Below are positions 25,940 through 37,653 of a stretch of DNA of 64,000 nt, piece after piece. The notes beneath the pieces were generated by a model, which made no database searches, was not told where the DNA came from, and was given only the letters and a program-made list of their open reading frames with translations. The position numbers and the translations under genes are program-made. Positions within the stretch are counted from its first letter, which is position 1. Each line of letters opens with the position of its first letter. The stretch is from Chiloscyllium plagiosum. Taxonomy: Eukaryota. Location of the stretch: positions 81,543,366-81,607,365 of the forward strand of contig NC_057711.1 of the NCBI RefSeq assembly GCF_004010195.1, read 5' to 3'.

Positions 25940-27470
25940 TACACCCCTTCTAATTTTCCTTTCCATTGAACTTCCATAAGCCTCTGTGGTAGTGAATTCC
26001 AAATATTCACAACTCATGAAGTAAACAAATTTCTTCTCATCTTGGTCCTAAATTGCATTCCACCTTATTTTCACATTGTGCCCCTTGTTTTTGACACCCA
26101 ACCAGGGACATCATCTCATCCGCATTAACCCTGTCTATACCTTTAAGTATTTTGTAGATTTCAATGAAAATACAGGCCTAGTTTGCTGAATCTCTCCATA
26201 GGATAGTCTTACCATCGCAGGAATATTTCTGGTGAACATTTCCTCTCAGCCAATAATATTTTCTCTGAGATAGAATACCAAAACTGTCCACAGTACTCTA
26301 GGTGCAATCCTATACATTTGAATCAAGACTTCACTATTTCTGCACTCAAATCCTCTTGCGATAACAACCAACATTCCATTAGCCTTCCTAATAGGTTGCT
26401 GAACCTGCATGTTTGCCTTCAGTGACATAACAACAAGAACACCTAGGTCCCTTTGCACATCTATACTCTCCAACATTTCACCATTTAAGAAATATTGGGC
26501 CTGTTTCTCCCAACAAGGTGGATAGCCTCACACTTTTCCATATTATATAGCATTGGCAATGTAGTTGTTATTGACTAAGCCTGTCCAAATTCCTGATTCC
26601 TGATGAATGGCTTTTGCCTGAAACATCGATTTTCCTGCTCCTTGGATGCTGCCTGACCTGCTTTTCCAACACCACTCTAATCTAGAGTTTGCCTGCCCAA
26701 ATTCACCTGAGACTGCTTTACATCTTCCTAACAACATATTCCTCTTTAGTTTAGTGTCATCAGGACGTTTAGAAATATTACATTGGTCTCCATGTCCAAA
26801 TCAATCATATATAATGTAAACAGTTTGTGACTAAGTATAGAATCTTGTGGTACCCCACAAGTCACAGCCTGCCAAGGTGAGAATAACCCATTTATTCTTA
26901 CCCTTTGTTTTTGGTCATTTAGCAATTATTAATCTATCCAAGTACATTCCCTGCAATCCAATGGGCTTTAACTTTTCTAGCTAACTGAATACACTATCAA
27001 TTTTTCCCCATGGCCACCTGAGCCAATTTGTTTTTCACAATCTATATGAAGAATAAAGTCATCCTGATTAGTAAACTGCATTTTTTACATGGTGCCATGA
27101 TCTCCTGATCTTTGTTCCACCACATAGCTACTGTTGGGTGGCCTGTAGACAACTTACACCAATTTCTTCTTTCCCTAGTTATTTCTTAACTCCACCAACA
27201 TAGATTCTATGTCTTCTGATCGAACATAATTTCTTGCTAGTGAGCTTATTCTATCCCATGTTAAGAAAGCTACCCCAACACCCTTTCATTCCAGTCTGTC
27301 CTTTCAAAATGTCACATACCCCTGAATATTTGGTTCCCAGCTTTGCTCTCCTTATAAAAATGTCTCCCTAATGACAATAAGATCATACCAACTAACTACT
27401 ATTTGTGCCGCTAATTAATTTACTTTGTTCAAAATACTATATGCATTCAAGTAAATAGCCATTCATTTTA
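25940..27470 (-). mobile_element. Decayed CR1 fragments with Penelope-end insertion at 26593-26690
   Basis: QRDLGVLV...IRKANGML remnant; insert contains CTGATGAA-TGGC-TTTT-GCCT-GAAAC and is flanked by GCCTG(T/C)CCAAATTC at 26579-26592 and 26691-26704. Confidence 0.85.
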
Positions 27471-27899
27471 CTTTTTATCTTTATTTTGCCCTTCACTTGG
27501 CCCAGTTGGTCTGCCATCCTGTAACTCTTAAAACCTACTATCTGTCACCCTTTGAATACATTTAAACTTATCATGAAATCTTTCTCGTAACTTTATTTCA
27601 ATTATGCTATTTTCATTGACCTTCAGTTTAACTTTATTTAATTTGACCTCTCTTTTGTTATGTTCCTCACTGAAATCTGAGTAACAACTTATAGGTGGGT
27701 GAAAGTCATTAAAGTAGACATTACTGAGTTTCAATCCATGAGCCTTGATGTGATGTGTGCGCAATAACAGAGTTAGGGTCAGTGGTGACCTTGTGGGTGC
27801 GACTTAGTAGAGAGCAGATGTGAAAAATAGTCTTGCCCAGTATAAAAAGTTATTGACCTCCTTCCTTCTGGGAGTTCTTTTTAACCCAGGACACAGCAC

Positions 27900-28060
27900 T
27901 GACCCAGGGCGCTGAGGCAAAGTTGGACGGGACAGATACAGCAGTCTCCTGTGGCAGTCAGCAGGATAAAAGACAGTCCCTCCTCTCCACTATGCTATTC
28001 ACCAGCACTTCCAGGTCCCTATCTGCAAAGCAGGATTTGAGCTTTTCCTACTGGTACACA
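27900..28060 (-). mobile_element. Harbinger Myb/SANT-like remnant
   Basis: FADRDLEVLVNSIVERRD on the reverse strand. Confidence 0.55.
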
Positions 28061-28404
28061 TCCTCCATGATAATGGTTAAGTACCACAATGTAATCCCTG
28101 GTTTGTAGTGTCTGGCATGGTGCTGGTGGCATGAACACTACAAGATTCAATAAGTGGTGAACACTTCTGCCTTACCTGCAGCACAACTGCAGAAGAACCT
28201 TCTGGAGCAACGTTCATGGCCCACAGGAGGAAAGAAGGCTCGTCCCTCAATTTCAACATGATATCTACTCAGGTTAAGTTTTTACCATGGGTTTTCACAT
28301 GACCGAACAAACCAGTTCTCGACATGTGGCCCATTGGACACATGGGGAAGGATTTTCCATGAGGTAGTGGGACCCAGAAAGCAGGATATGCCTTCTTTTC
28401 TTTC

Positions 28405-30755
28405 CTCCACTAATACTAAGGAAAAGGCGCTGAGGAAGCTGAAAGGTCTGAAGGTGGATAAATCACTCATACCAAATGGACTACATCCTGGAGTTCTGAA
28501 GAAAGCTGTGGAGATTTTAGAGAAATTGGTGGTGCTCATTCAGGAATCACTGGAGTCAGGGCTGGAAAATGGTTTATGTAACACTCCTGTTTAAAAAGGG
28601 AAAAAAGGCTGAAGACAGGAACTATAGGTCAGTTAGCTTGACCTTGGCTGTTTATAAGATTTTAGAGTCCATTATTGAGGATGATATTGCAGAGTACTTG
28701 GAAGTGCATGGTAAAATAAGGTCTGAGTCAACACAGTGTTAGGACGCAAAAGTCAAATCCCTCTGCTAATTAAAACAAAGACACCCAGTAAGTTCACCTT
28801 GCCATCTGCTAAAAGAGAGAGTGAGTGAAAGAAAACCCCTGATTTCCAGTTTAAAGGAAAAAAATAATTTATTTTTCTAACTCTAACAGTGGACACCAAA
28901 CAAAAATTACTAACAAACTCAAGCTGCCTTTTTCTTAACAACTAAACACCATCTGACCCCAATTTTATTAAAATGCTGCTCCAATAACACAATTACTAAA
29001 CATTAAATTAACCTTAATCTCTTAAAGTCCATACAGCCTCTTATGCACCCATCCTTCCAATTGCTGTTTTCTCCCCAGGTAGTCTTCTTACTGCAAGTGT
29101 CTTTGTATAAAACCTTTAATAGATTATGTCTTCTGAGAGATTGCTTTTGAGAGCAAGATGTTTACTTCTATGGACGGCAGTTGGCTCTCTACTTCAATGG
29201 GCAATTAGCTCTGACCAATTTTCAAAATGCCCTTCCTTTAATGATGATCTCTCATTGGCCAGATGTTGTCAATTCAATATATTCAAATTCAATTGGTTTT
29301 AGGTTTCCTGGGCACAATTTAAATTAATTGGTTAAATTCAAATCTGGATGCCTTAACATCAAAACACAGCTGATTGTTACATATTATCAATTCTCAGCAC
29401 TCTCTGCATCTGTCAGCTAATCACAGACACATGCATTGTCACAGTCTCTCAGCTCGGAAAAGGTACCTCTCTCTTAAAGTGACCATACACTCGCTCGACT
29501 TTGTAACAATGGCATCATCAAAGGGATGTCATGCCTGACAAGTATGTTAGAATTCTTGAGGAAGTAACAAGCAAGTTAGACAAAGGAGATCTAGTGGATG
29601 TGATCTATTTGGATTTCCAGAAGATCTTTGATAAGGTCCTGCACAGCAGGCTGCTAAATAAGATAAGTACCCATGGTGTTAGAGGCAAGGTACTGGCATG
29701 GCTAGAGAATTTACTGACTGGCAGAAGCTAGAGAGTAGGGATAACGGGATCTTTTTCTGGATGGCAGCCAGTGACTAGTGGAGTTCCGCAGGGGATTGTA
29801 TTAGACCACAACTATTCACATTATACATTAACAATCTGGACAAAGGGACTGATAGTATTGCAGATGACACAAAAATAGGTAGATGGACTGGTTGTACTGA
29901 GGAAGCAGGGTGGCTATGAAAGGATTTGGAGAGGCGAGGAGAGCAGGCAAAGAGTGACAGATGGAATACAATATGGAAAATTGTCAGCTCATTTACTTTG
30001 TTAGAAACATAGACTATCTTCTAAATGGGGAAAAGCTTCAGAAATCTGAAGCACAAAGGGACTTAGGAGTCACAGTTCAGGGTTCTCCTCAGGTTGACAT
30101 GCAGGTTCAGTTGGCAGTTAAGAAGGCAAATGAAATGTTTGCGTTCATTTTGAAAGGGCTACAATAGAAGAGCAGGGATGTACTGCTCAGGCTGTGTAAA
30201 GCTCTTGTCAGACCCGATTTGGAATATTATGAGCAGTTTTGAGCCCCCTATCTAAGGATAGATATTGGAGGGGGTCCAAAGAAGGTTTACAAAAATGATC
30301 CCAGGGATGAAGGGCTTGTCATATGAGGAGTGATTGAGGACTCTGGGTTTGTACTTGATGGAGTTTAGAAAGATGAGGTGGCATTCTCATTTAAACTTAC
30401 AGAACACTGAGAGGCTGGGAGAGAGTGGCTGTGGAGAAGATGTTTCCACAAATAAGAGACTAGGACCTGAGGGCACAGCCTCAGAGTGAAGGGAGAATCT
30501 TTTCAAGCTGAGATGAGGAAGAATTTGTTCAGCCAGAGGATGGTGAATCTGTGAAAGTCTTTGCTGCAGAGGGCTGTTGAGGCCAAGTCATTGAGTGTAT
30601 TTAAAACAGAGATAGATGGACTCTTGATTGGTAATAACAGGTGTTACGGAGAGAAGGCAGGAGAATGGGATTGAGAAACATATTGCCTATGATCAAATGG
30701 TGGAGCAAGACATGATAGGTTGAATGGCCTACTTCTGCTCCTATATCTTATGGTC
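28405..30755 (+). mobile_element. CR1 RT/3' fragment interrupted by a solo LTR
   Basis: LKVDKSLIPNGLHPGVLK, DVIYLDFQKIFDKVLH, QRDLGVTV and a CR1 tail. Confidence 0.92.
28737..29508 (-). mobile_element. Probable solo LTR (772 bp)
   Basis: TGTTA...TAACA termini; splits the CR1 cleanly; flanks ACAG/ATGG; strand is tentative. Confidence 0.75.
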
Positions 30756-32263
30756 CTGCTGTTCTGCCACATCATTATGGCATTTGGACTCAAAATATAA
30801 TGTAACTTGATGGAGAAGTAGTCACCATTCAGAACAATTAGTAGCAAGTTTCTAATTGTTTCATTAAGGTAAATAATTCTGTACTTCAAGGAGAGCTTGA
30901 GGGTGTCTTTAAAGCATCCTAGTTGTGAAGAGAATCACAGAATTTTTATGGTGCAAGACAAGGACATTTGGCCCATCATACCTGCACCAGCTCTATTATC
31001 TAGTGCTGATTTCTTTTCCCCATTTCCCTGCATGCCATTGCTATCTATAAAAACTCTTGAATGCCTCAATTGAACCTGCCTCCACTACGTTTCCTGGCAG
31101 TGCATTCTATACCCTATCAACTTACTGTGTGAAAACATATTTTTATATAGCATCCTTATTTTGTTTATACATCATTTATACTAACATTATCTTCCCTCCA
31201 ACACTGGTAGGAGTAGAGAGGTGATGGGTCTTAAGCTAGTAGATGCTGGCTTCTTTCTGATGTTACCTGAGGCAGGATAGGATCAGCAAGAGCTATCTGT
31301 CTAACAGCACAGGTAGATAATTTGAATATGTAGATATATAGGCAGGTCCCATCAGGTTACTGGTCAGACAAGTCTCCAATCCAGGTGGACTTCATCCTAG
31401 GGTTTTAAAAGAGGTTGCTAATGAGTTAATAAATGTATTGGTGTTAATTTTCCAAAATTCATTTGATTCAGGAAAGGTTCCATCAGTCAAAAAAGCAGTA
31501 AATATAAATTTTGTTGAAGAAGGAAAAGAGGCAACAATTTGGAAAAAAAGATAGGCCAGTTAGCTTGTTGTCTGTCATGGAGAAGGTACTAGAATCAATT
31601 ATTAAACTGGTTATATCTGGACACTTAAACAAACTCAAGGTATGTGGGAAGGGTGAGCATGATTGTGGCAAAGGGAAATTATGTTTTGTCAATGTATTGG
31701 AGTTCTTTAAAGGACTAACATGCACTGTGAATAAAGCTGTGGGAAGGTGGGGGAGCAGCAATGACAGTCTGTAGACATACAGCCCTTGGATTCCCAGAAA
31801 GAATTTTATCAGACATCACATCAAACATTATTGAGGAATATGGCATACGCTCATGATGTAAGGGGCAAGTTATTAGCATGGCAGGAAGATTATCTGTTTG
31901 GCAGATACCAGACGGTGTGCATAAACAGGTCTTTGCATGATTGGTAGGATCCCACAGGGCCCTGTGCTGAAGATGAACTAGTTAATGGGAACAAAGGGAT
32001 GGCAGCAAATTTCGCAGACGACTCCGAGATTGGTAGGAAACTATGTCATGAAAAAGAAAGAAGGATGTTGTAGGTAGATAGAGATAGTTGAGTAGATGGA
32101 CAAAATTCTAACAGATGGAGTATAACTTGGAAAAACATGAAGTCTTTTACTTTGGCATGCAGAATAAAATGCAGGGTATTACTTACACACAGAACAAATG
32201 CGGAATTCAGACATTCAGAGAGATTTAGATATTCTAGTGCATGAGTCACAAGTTAGTATGCAA

Positions 32264-33235
32264 TGTAATATAAATTATGTGATTAATATATGTTTATTGT
32301 CATTTATTAGAAGTTTGTATTCTTGAATCTAAATTAGTGAGTGGCATGTGTTTCTGAGTCTAAGGTTAATAATTAATTTAATTAATAATCAATAATCAAC
32401 TAGAGATTAGTTGTTTTCATAACCATGGTAATTGCTTTTAGAAGTATTTAAGGCCTAGTTTTTGAGTTAATGAAGTCTTATGTACATTGGAAAGGTTTCA
32501 TGACCAAGAAGATAAACAAACATGGTTTAGAAGATCAGAAGAGGTTGTTTTTGGTACCTATATCTTAGAGTTTTTTTAGTTTTACTTTTAGTTTTGAGCA
32601 ATTCTACAAAGTCCTTAGATGAAGATAGTTCTATAGACCAATGTTCTTGAGAAGTGGTGAAACTAGATTGGCTTAGAGTAAAGAATTGGTGATAGTTGCA
32701 GACTAGAAGTGTTGGGTTAAAACCCTGAAGAGGTTTCTTAAAGCTGGATACATTAAAAGTCACATATATAATAATTGTAGGAAGAAACTGTCAGAATTTC
32801 CATACTTGGAATTAAGGTTGTAGCTAAACCTACTGAGATGTACAGAGAGGAAATCTGATGTGAACACTGCATGAGTGGCATTTTGGGTGAAATTTTGGGT
32901 ACTGTACCGGGGTGTGTTTTGTGTACTATACAAAAGCTGGGTTTTTTTCTCAGTTTATACACAAGCATTTTGGGAATAATGGTATTATACTTCTACTGTG
33001 TGTTTAAAAATCTTCGTTTGTGATGAAAGTAGATAGATTTATTCTATTTATTTTCATTTATTTTGGTAATAAACTCCTGTTTTAATATTAAAGACAAATC
33101 TGCAGTATTGCATGCTTATGTTTCAATGAGACACTCCTTTGTTAAAGTCAAAACAAATCAAAATATGATCTATCAAGCCAGATTTCAGTCTGCGATCTGA
33201 CTTGTCCAGTAATAATGTCAGTTGGGATCATAACA
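32264..33235 (+). mobile_element. Probable solo LTR (972 bp)
   Basis: TGTAAT...ATAACA termini; AATAAA at 33068; flanks GCAA/GCAG; interrupts the CR1. Confidence 0.75.
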
Positions 33236-33251
33236 GCAGGTACAGCACATA

Positions 33252-33397
33252 GTAGAGAGTGTGGTGTTGGAAAATCATGGCAGGTCAGGCTTATGCCCGA
33301 AACGTCGATTCTCCTGCTCCTTGGATGCTGCCTGACCTGCTGTACTTTTCCACACCACACTCTCGACTCAGCAGCTACAATCCTCACACTCTCCTAA
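33252..33397 (+). mobile_element. Short Penelope-derived insertion, partly fold-back, with 12-bp TSD
   Basis: ggcttatgcccgaaacgtcg core half; GTACAGCACATA at 33240-33251 and 33398-33409. Confidence 0.85.
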
Positions 33398-34094
33398 GTA
33401 CAGCACATAATCAAGAAGGCTAATTTGATGCTATGTTCCATTACAAGAGGAAATTAGTGTAAAAGTAAAGATGTTATGATTCATTTACAAAGAGCATTAG
33501 TGAGACCAAATCTTGAATATTTGTGTGTAGTTTAGATCTTCCAAAGGAAGGATGTAAATGCATTGTCACAATTCAGAGTAAATTTCCTAGAATAATACAT
33601 GGAATGAACAGGTTATGGTGGACAGGCTGGATTTGTTTTCACTGGGGTTTAAAAGAGTAAAGGATGACCTGAAGTAAGTGTATAGGACTCTGAATGGTCT
33701 TGAAAGAGTGGATGTGGAAAGGATGTTTTTATATGTATATCAGAACTAGGGGAAGTTGTTTTAAAATTAGGACAGTAATGAGAGTTTTTTTCCCTCAGAG
33801 AGTTATGCGACTTTGAAACTTTCTGCCTCAGAAAACAGCGGAGGTGAAGTCATTGTGTATTTTTAAGACGGAGGTGAATGAATTCTTGTTAGGCAGAAGA
33901 ATCGAGGGTTATCAGCAGGTTAGATGACTATGGAATTTGAAACATAGATCAGCTATAATTCTATTGAAAGGCAGAGCAGGCTTGAGGGGCCAAATGGTCT
34001 ACTTCTGTTCCTGTTTTATATGTTTGCATGTACCAACAGGTTCATTATGGCAGCTGTTGTTACATGCAAACATGCAAGCCTCCTATTCAAGATG

Positions 34095-34660
34095 ACATCA
34101 GAAAACTCAGAGGAACAGCAGTATAGTGCTTGTCCACAGATCCCTGGGCAGGTTTATAGTATAGTTAAGAAGGCACACAAGACACTTGTCTTTATCAGTC
34201 AAGGCATAGTTTACAAGAGCAGGAAGTTTATAAGATTATAAAAGTGGAATTTTGGCTAGACCATAGCTGGAGTACTGTGTGCAGTTCTGGTTAACAAAAT
34301 ATAGCTCAACACAATGGAGGGATTGCAGAGAAGATTCACCAGGATGTGGTGGGATGGAACAGCTTAGCTATGAAGAGAGGCTAGATAGGCTTCAGATTGT
34401 TTTCTTCAGAGCAGAGAAAGCTGAGGTTAAACGTATGATGGAGACCTATAAGATTATGGGGGACATAGACAATTTGGATAGAAAGCAGATGTACCCCTTA
34501 ATTGAAGGGTCATTAAAGACAGGGTATAACTTTAAGACGAAGGGCAGGAGGTTCAGAGGAGATTTGAGGGAAATCTTTTTTTAACAGAAGTGTTAAACTG
34601 GAAAGGTAGTTGAGGCAGGAAACTTCAAGCTTTAGAAAGCACTTGGATGAGCATTTAATG
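34095..34660 (+). mobile_element. CR1 3' fragment broken at a rearrangement junction
   Basis: EYCVQFW...KGRRFRGDLRE; its missing tail appears inverted at about 36428-36541. Confidence 0.85.
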
Positions 34661-37105
34661 AGCTCAGTTGGCTGGATAGGTTGTTGGTGATGCCAGATGC
34701 GTGAGTTCAATTCCCACACTGACTGATGTTTCTATCAAGGACTCTCCTTCTCAATCTCTTCGCCCTCACTTGAGGCGTGGTGACCCTTAGGTTAAACCAC
34801 TACCAGTTGTTTGTGTGTGTCTCTCTCCCTCTCTGTAATAAGAGTGCAGCCCTATAGTTTGGTGGAATTATGACAACTTCACTTACGTAGGAATTTGAAG
34901 CCAGAACGTGCCTTAATTCTTATTATTGGTAATTTCCTGCTCTGACACTGACGGGTAAATAGCAGGGAGCTATGAACAGCAGAGACATGACTGTGTTGTT
35001 CCCTAACAAGGCAGATGCTGTCAAGTGTGGGCAGAACCAAGAGTTTAAATTCCCTTCACCAGGAGTTCTCACTGCAGTGACTCAGTTGAGCGTATCTGAG
35101 GAGGTCAGGAACATAGATAGATCAGGGTCCATTTTCTGAGAAGCAGCCAGACAAAGCCCAGTTGGAGGGTGTTGTTATCGTGTCCAATCAGTAGTGACTG
35201 TCCCCCCCCACTGCTAATCATTAAGGGAAGATGCCAATGTGTGTGTGATGGTCTGACCATGTGGAATATGGTCACCTCTGCTGATGGTGACAAAATGAGA
35301 AATGGCCCTTGATTGGTCAATTAAGACACTGAATTAGCAAAAAACAGGAAGAAAGGAAGACAAGTCTTAACCCTCCCCACTACCCCGAGTTAATTTGGGA
35401 TAAGGGTGCAATGTTGGTCAGATGTACTTTGTAACCTGCACCTTCCCAATCGGTTATAAGACTCACTCCGCACCTCCAATGTGTTAAGATAACTGTGGAG
35501 GCATGGGAATATTTCAAGTGGCTCTCATCTCTCCCCTGTCGTCCACCATCCCAGTCACTAACCTGGAATAGAAAGTTTAATTTTAGCATTCAGGAGCTTT
35601 CCCACAGGAGCCTTAAATCCTGTTATTCTATTATTTATGTCTTTATTTCATATTAATGCAGAATGACAAGTTAAAGGGCCCTTTGCCATATGACCAATAA
35701 CAGAAATATAAAACAAATGTTCTGACAAGATATATATGCAGCAGTGTTGCTTTTCAGTAACCACCTGCTAGTGTAGCATTGTAACAATATAAATCCTTTT
35801 GTGTAAGCCACTTGGAAAAACCAGGCAACGATAACACGACAGTGAAGGAGAATTCAAAGGTAACAATTTTCCTAACGTTGAAGTGCTGAAGACAAGGAGC
35901 TTGCTTGACCCAATGCTTCAATTACAGTGAAGAAATGACAGCTGTGGATCACTAATCTTTCTGTAAGAGCACATTAAAAATTGTTAACAATATTCTGCAC
36001 TGCATGATCATATGCAGTTTTCAAAGCAATTTGCAAGCTAATAAAGACCAAGTAAACCTGCTCCCTACCTTGATGATCCTGATCTATGTGTAACACTGTT
36101 AAATGGAGGCAGCATTAATGGGTAAAATCTTATTGATGTGAAGAATAATTGCCAACAGGCCCTTCCTTGTTTGCTCTGGGTCAATCATCTGGTTAAGGAT
36201 GGTGGGTAGGTTTTTGAGGCTGCAGGACCAGGCAGAGGAGCTGCAGCCTGGACAGAGGGCAGCCCCACTCCTGAGGTGGCAGCTCCTATTTCAGATGGGG
36301 TACCTCCACCTTGAGACACCATCTTAGGCCACGGTTTCCAGGCTGCTACTATGGAGGGGAATTCCGTCACACGATAGACTGTGACTGAGGTTGTGGTCCA
36401 CTATTCACTGCAGCTCCATGGGGGAGGTATACGATCATAGAAGAGGCTCTTTGGCCCATCAAGTTTGCACTGCCAGAAAAAAAATTACTACTATCAACAC
36501 TAGTCCCACTTTGTTGTATTGGGCCCATAGCTTTGAATGTTCTGATTAGCAGTGGGGGGGGGGACAGTCACTACTGATTGGACACTGATAACAACACCCT
36601 CCAACTGGGCTTTGTCTGGCTGCTTCTCAGAAAATGGACCCTGATCTACCTATGTTCCTGACCTCCTCAGATACGCTCGACTGAGTCACTGCAGTGAGAA
36701 CTCCTGGTGAAGGGAATTTAAACTCTTGGTTCTGCCCACACTTGACAGCATCTGTCTTGTTAGGGAACAACACAGTCATGTCTCTGCTGTTCATAGCTCC
36801 CTGCCATTTACCCGTCAGTGTCAGAGCAGGAAATTACCAATAATAAGAATTAAGGCACGTTCTGGCTTCAAATTCCTACGTAAGTGAAGTTGTCATAATT
36901 CCACCAAACTATAGGGCTGCACTCTTATTACAGAGAGGGAGAGAGACACACACAAACAACTGGTAGTGGTTTAACCTAAGGGTCACCACGCCTCAAGTGA
37001 GGGCGAAGAGATTGAGAAGGAGAGTCCTTGATAGAAACATCAGTCAGTGTGGGAATTGAACTCACGCATCTGGCATCACCAACAACCTATCCAGCCAACT
37101 GAGCT
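34661..37105. repeat. Near-identical inverted duplication (34661-35220 vs 36543-37105) with about 1.3-kb spacer
   Basis: By-eye alignment gives about 4 substitutions, a 1-bp indel and a homopolymer length difference over 560 bp; the duplicated unit includes a tRNA-derived SINE. Confidence 0.97.
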
Positions 37106-37302
37106 AACTGACTACATTACTGTTATAAAATATCAATTCATAAAAGAAGATCTAATGAGATCCAGTTATATTAAGACAGAATATCCATTAATTACAAATA
37201 CAATATTAAAGTAAAATAATTCACAAGTTAGGCAATACTGCCCCCTAATGGAAATGAGAAAGATTAACTTCCTAAAGTTTGTAAATACACTGCTTTATCA
37301 AT

Positions 37303-37531
37303 GATTTGGAGATGCCGGTGTTGGACTGGGGTGTACAAAGTTAAAAATCACACAACACCAGGTTATAGTCCAACAGGTTTAATTGGAAGCACACTAGCTT
37401 CCAGTTGCTATAAATTCTGTGTTACGATCGAACCCTCCACTATCACCTGATGAAGGAGCGTCGCTCCGAAAGCTAGTGTGTTTCCAATTAAACCTGTTGG
37501 ACTATAACCTTGTGATGTGTGATTTTTAGCT
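37303..37531. mobile_element. Second-family Penelope fold-back remnant
   Basis: 37343-37400 is inverted at 37470-37527; CTGCTTTAT at 37290-37298 and 37532-37540. Confidence 0.85.
37447..37478 (+). ncRNA. Minimal hammerhead-ribozyme-like motif
   Basis: cac-CTGATGA-A-GGAGC-GTC-GCTCC-GAAAGCTA-gtg: perfect stem II, palindromic AGCT, and a 3-bp stem I (cac/gtg). Confidence 0.75.
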
Positions 37532-37653
37532 CTGCTTTATTAAATGTGCTTGAAAATTCAATAAAGTGCAGAACAACTGTGGTAACTTGCGAACAATGAA
37601 GACTGCTAACAAACACGACACGTTTACAGAAGTACTATAAACCTGCTATCTCT

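Larger units (their letters stand above)
31370..34020 (+). mobile_element. Decayed CR1 RT/3' fragment with two nested insertions
   Basis: DRPVSLLSVMEKVLESII...GKLCFVNVLEFF; resumes after 33409 and runs to a CR1 tail. Confidence 0.88.
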
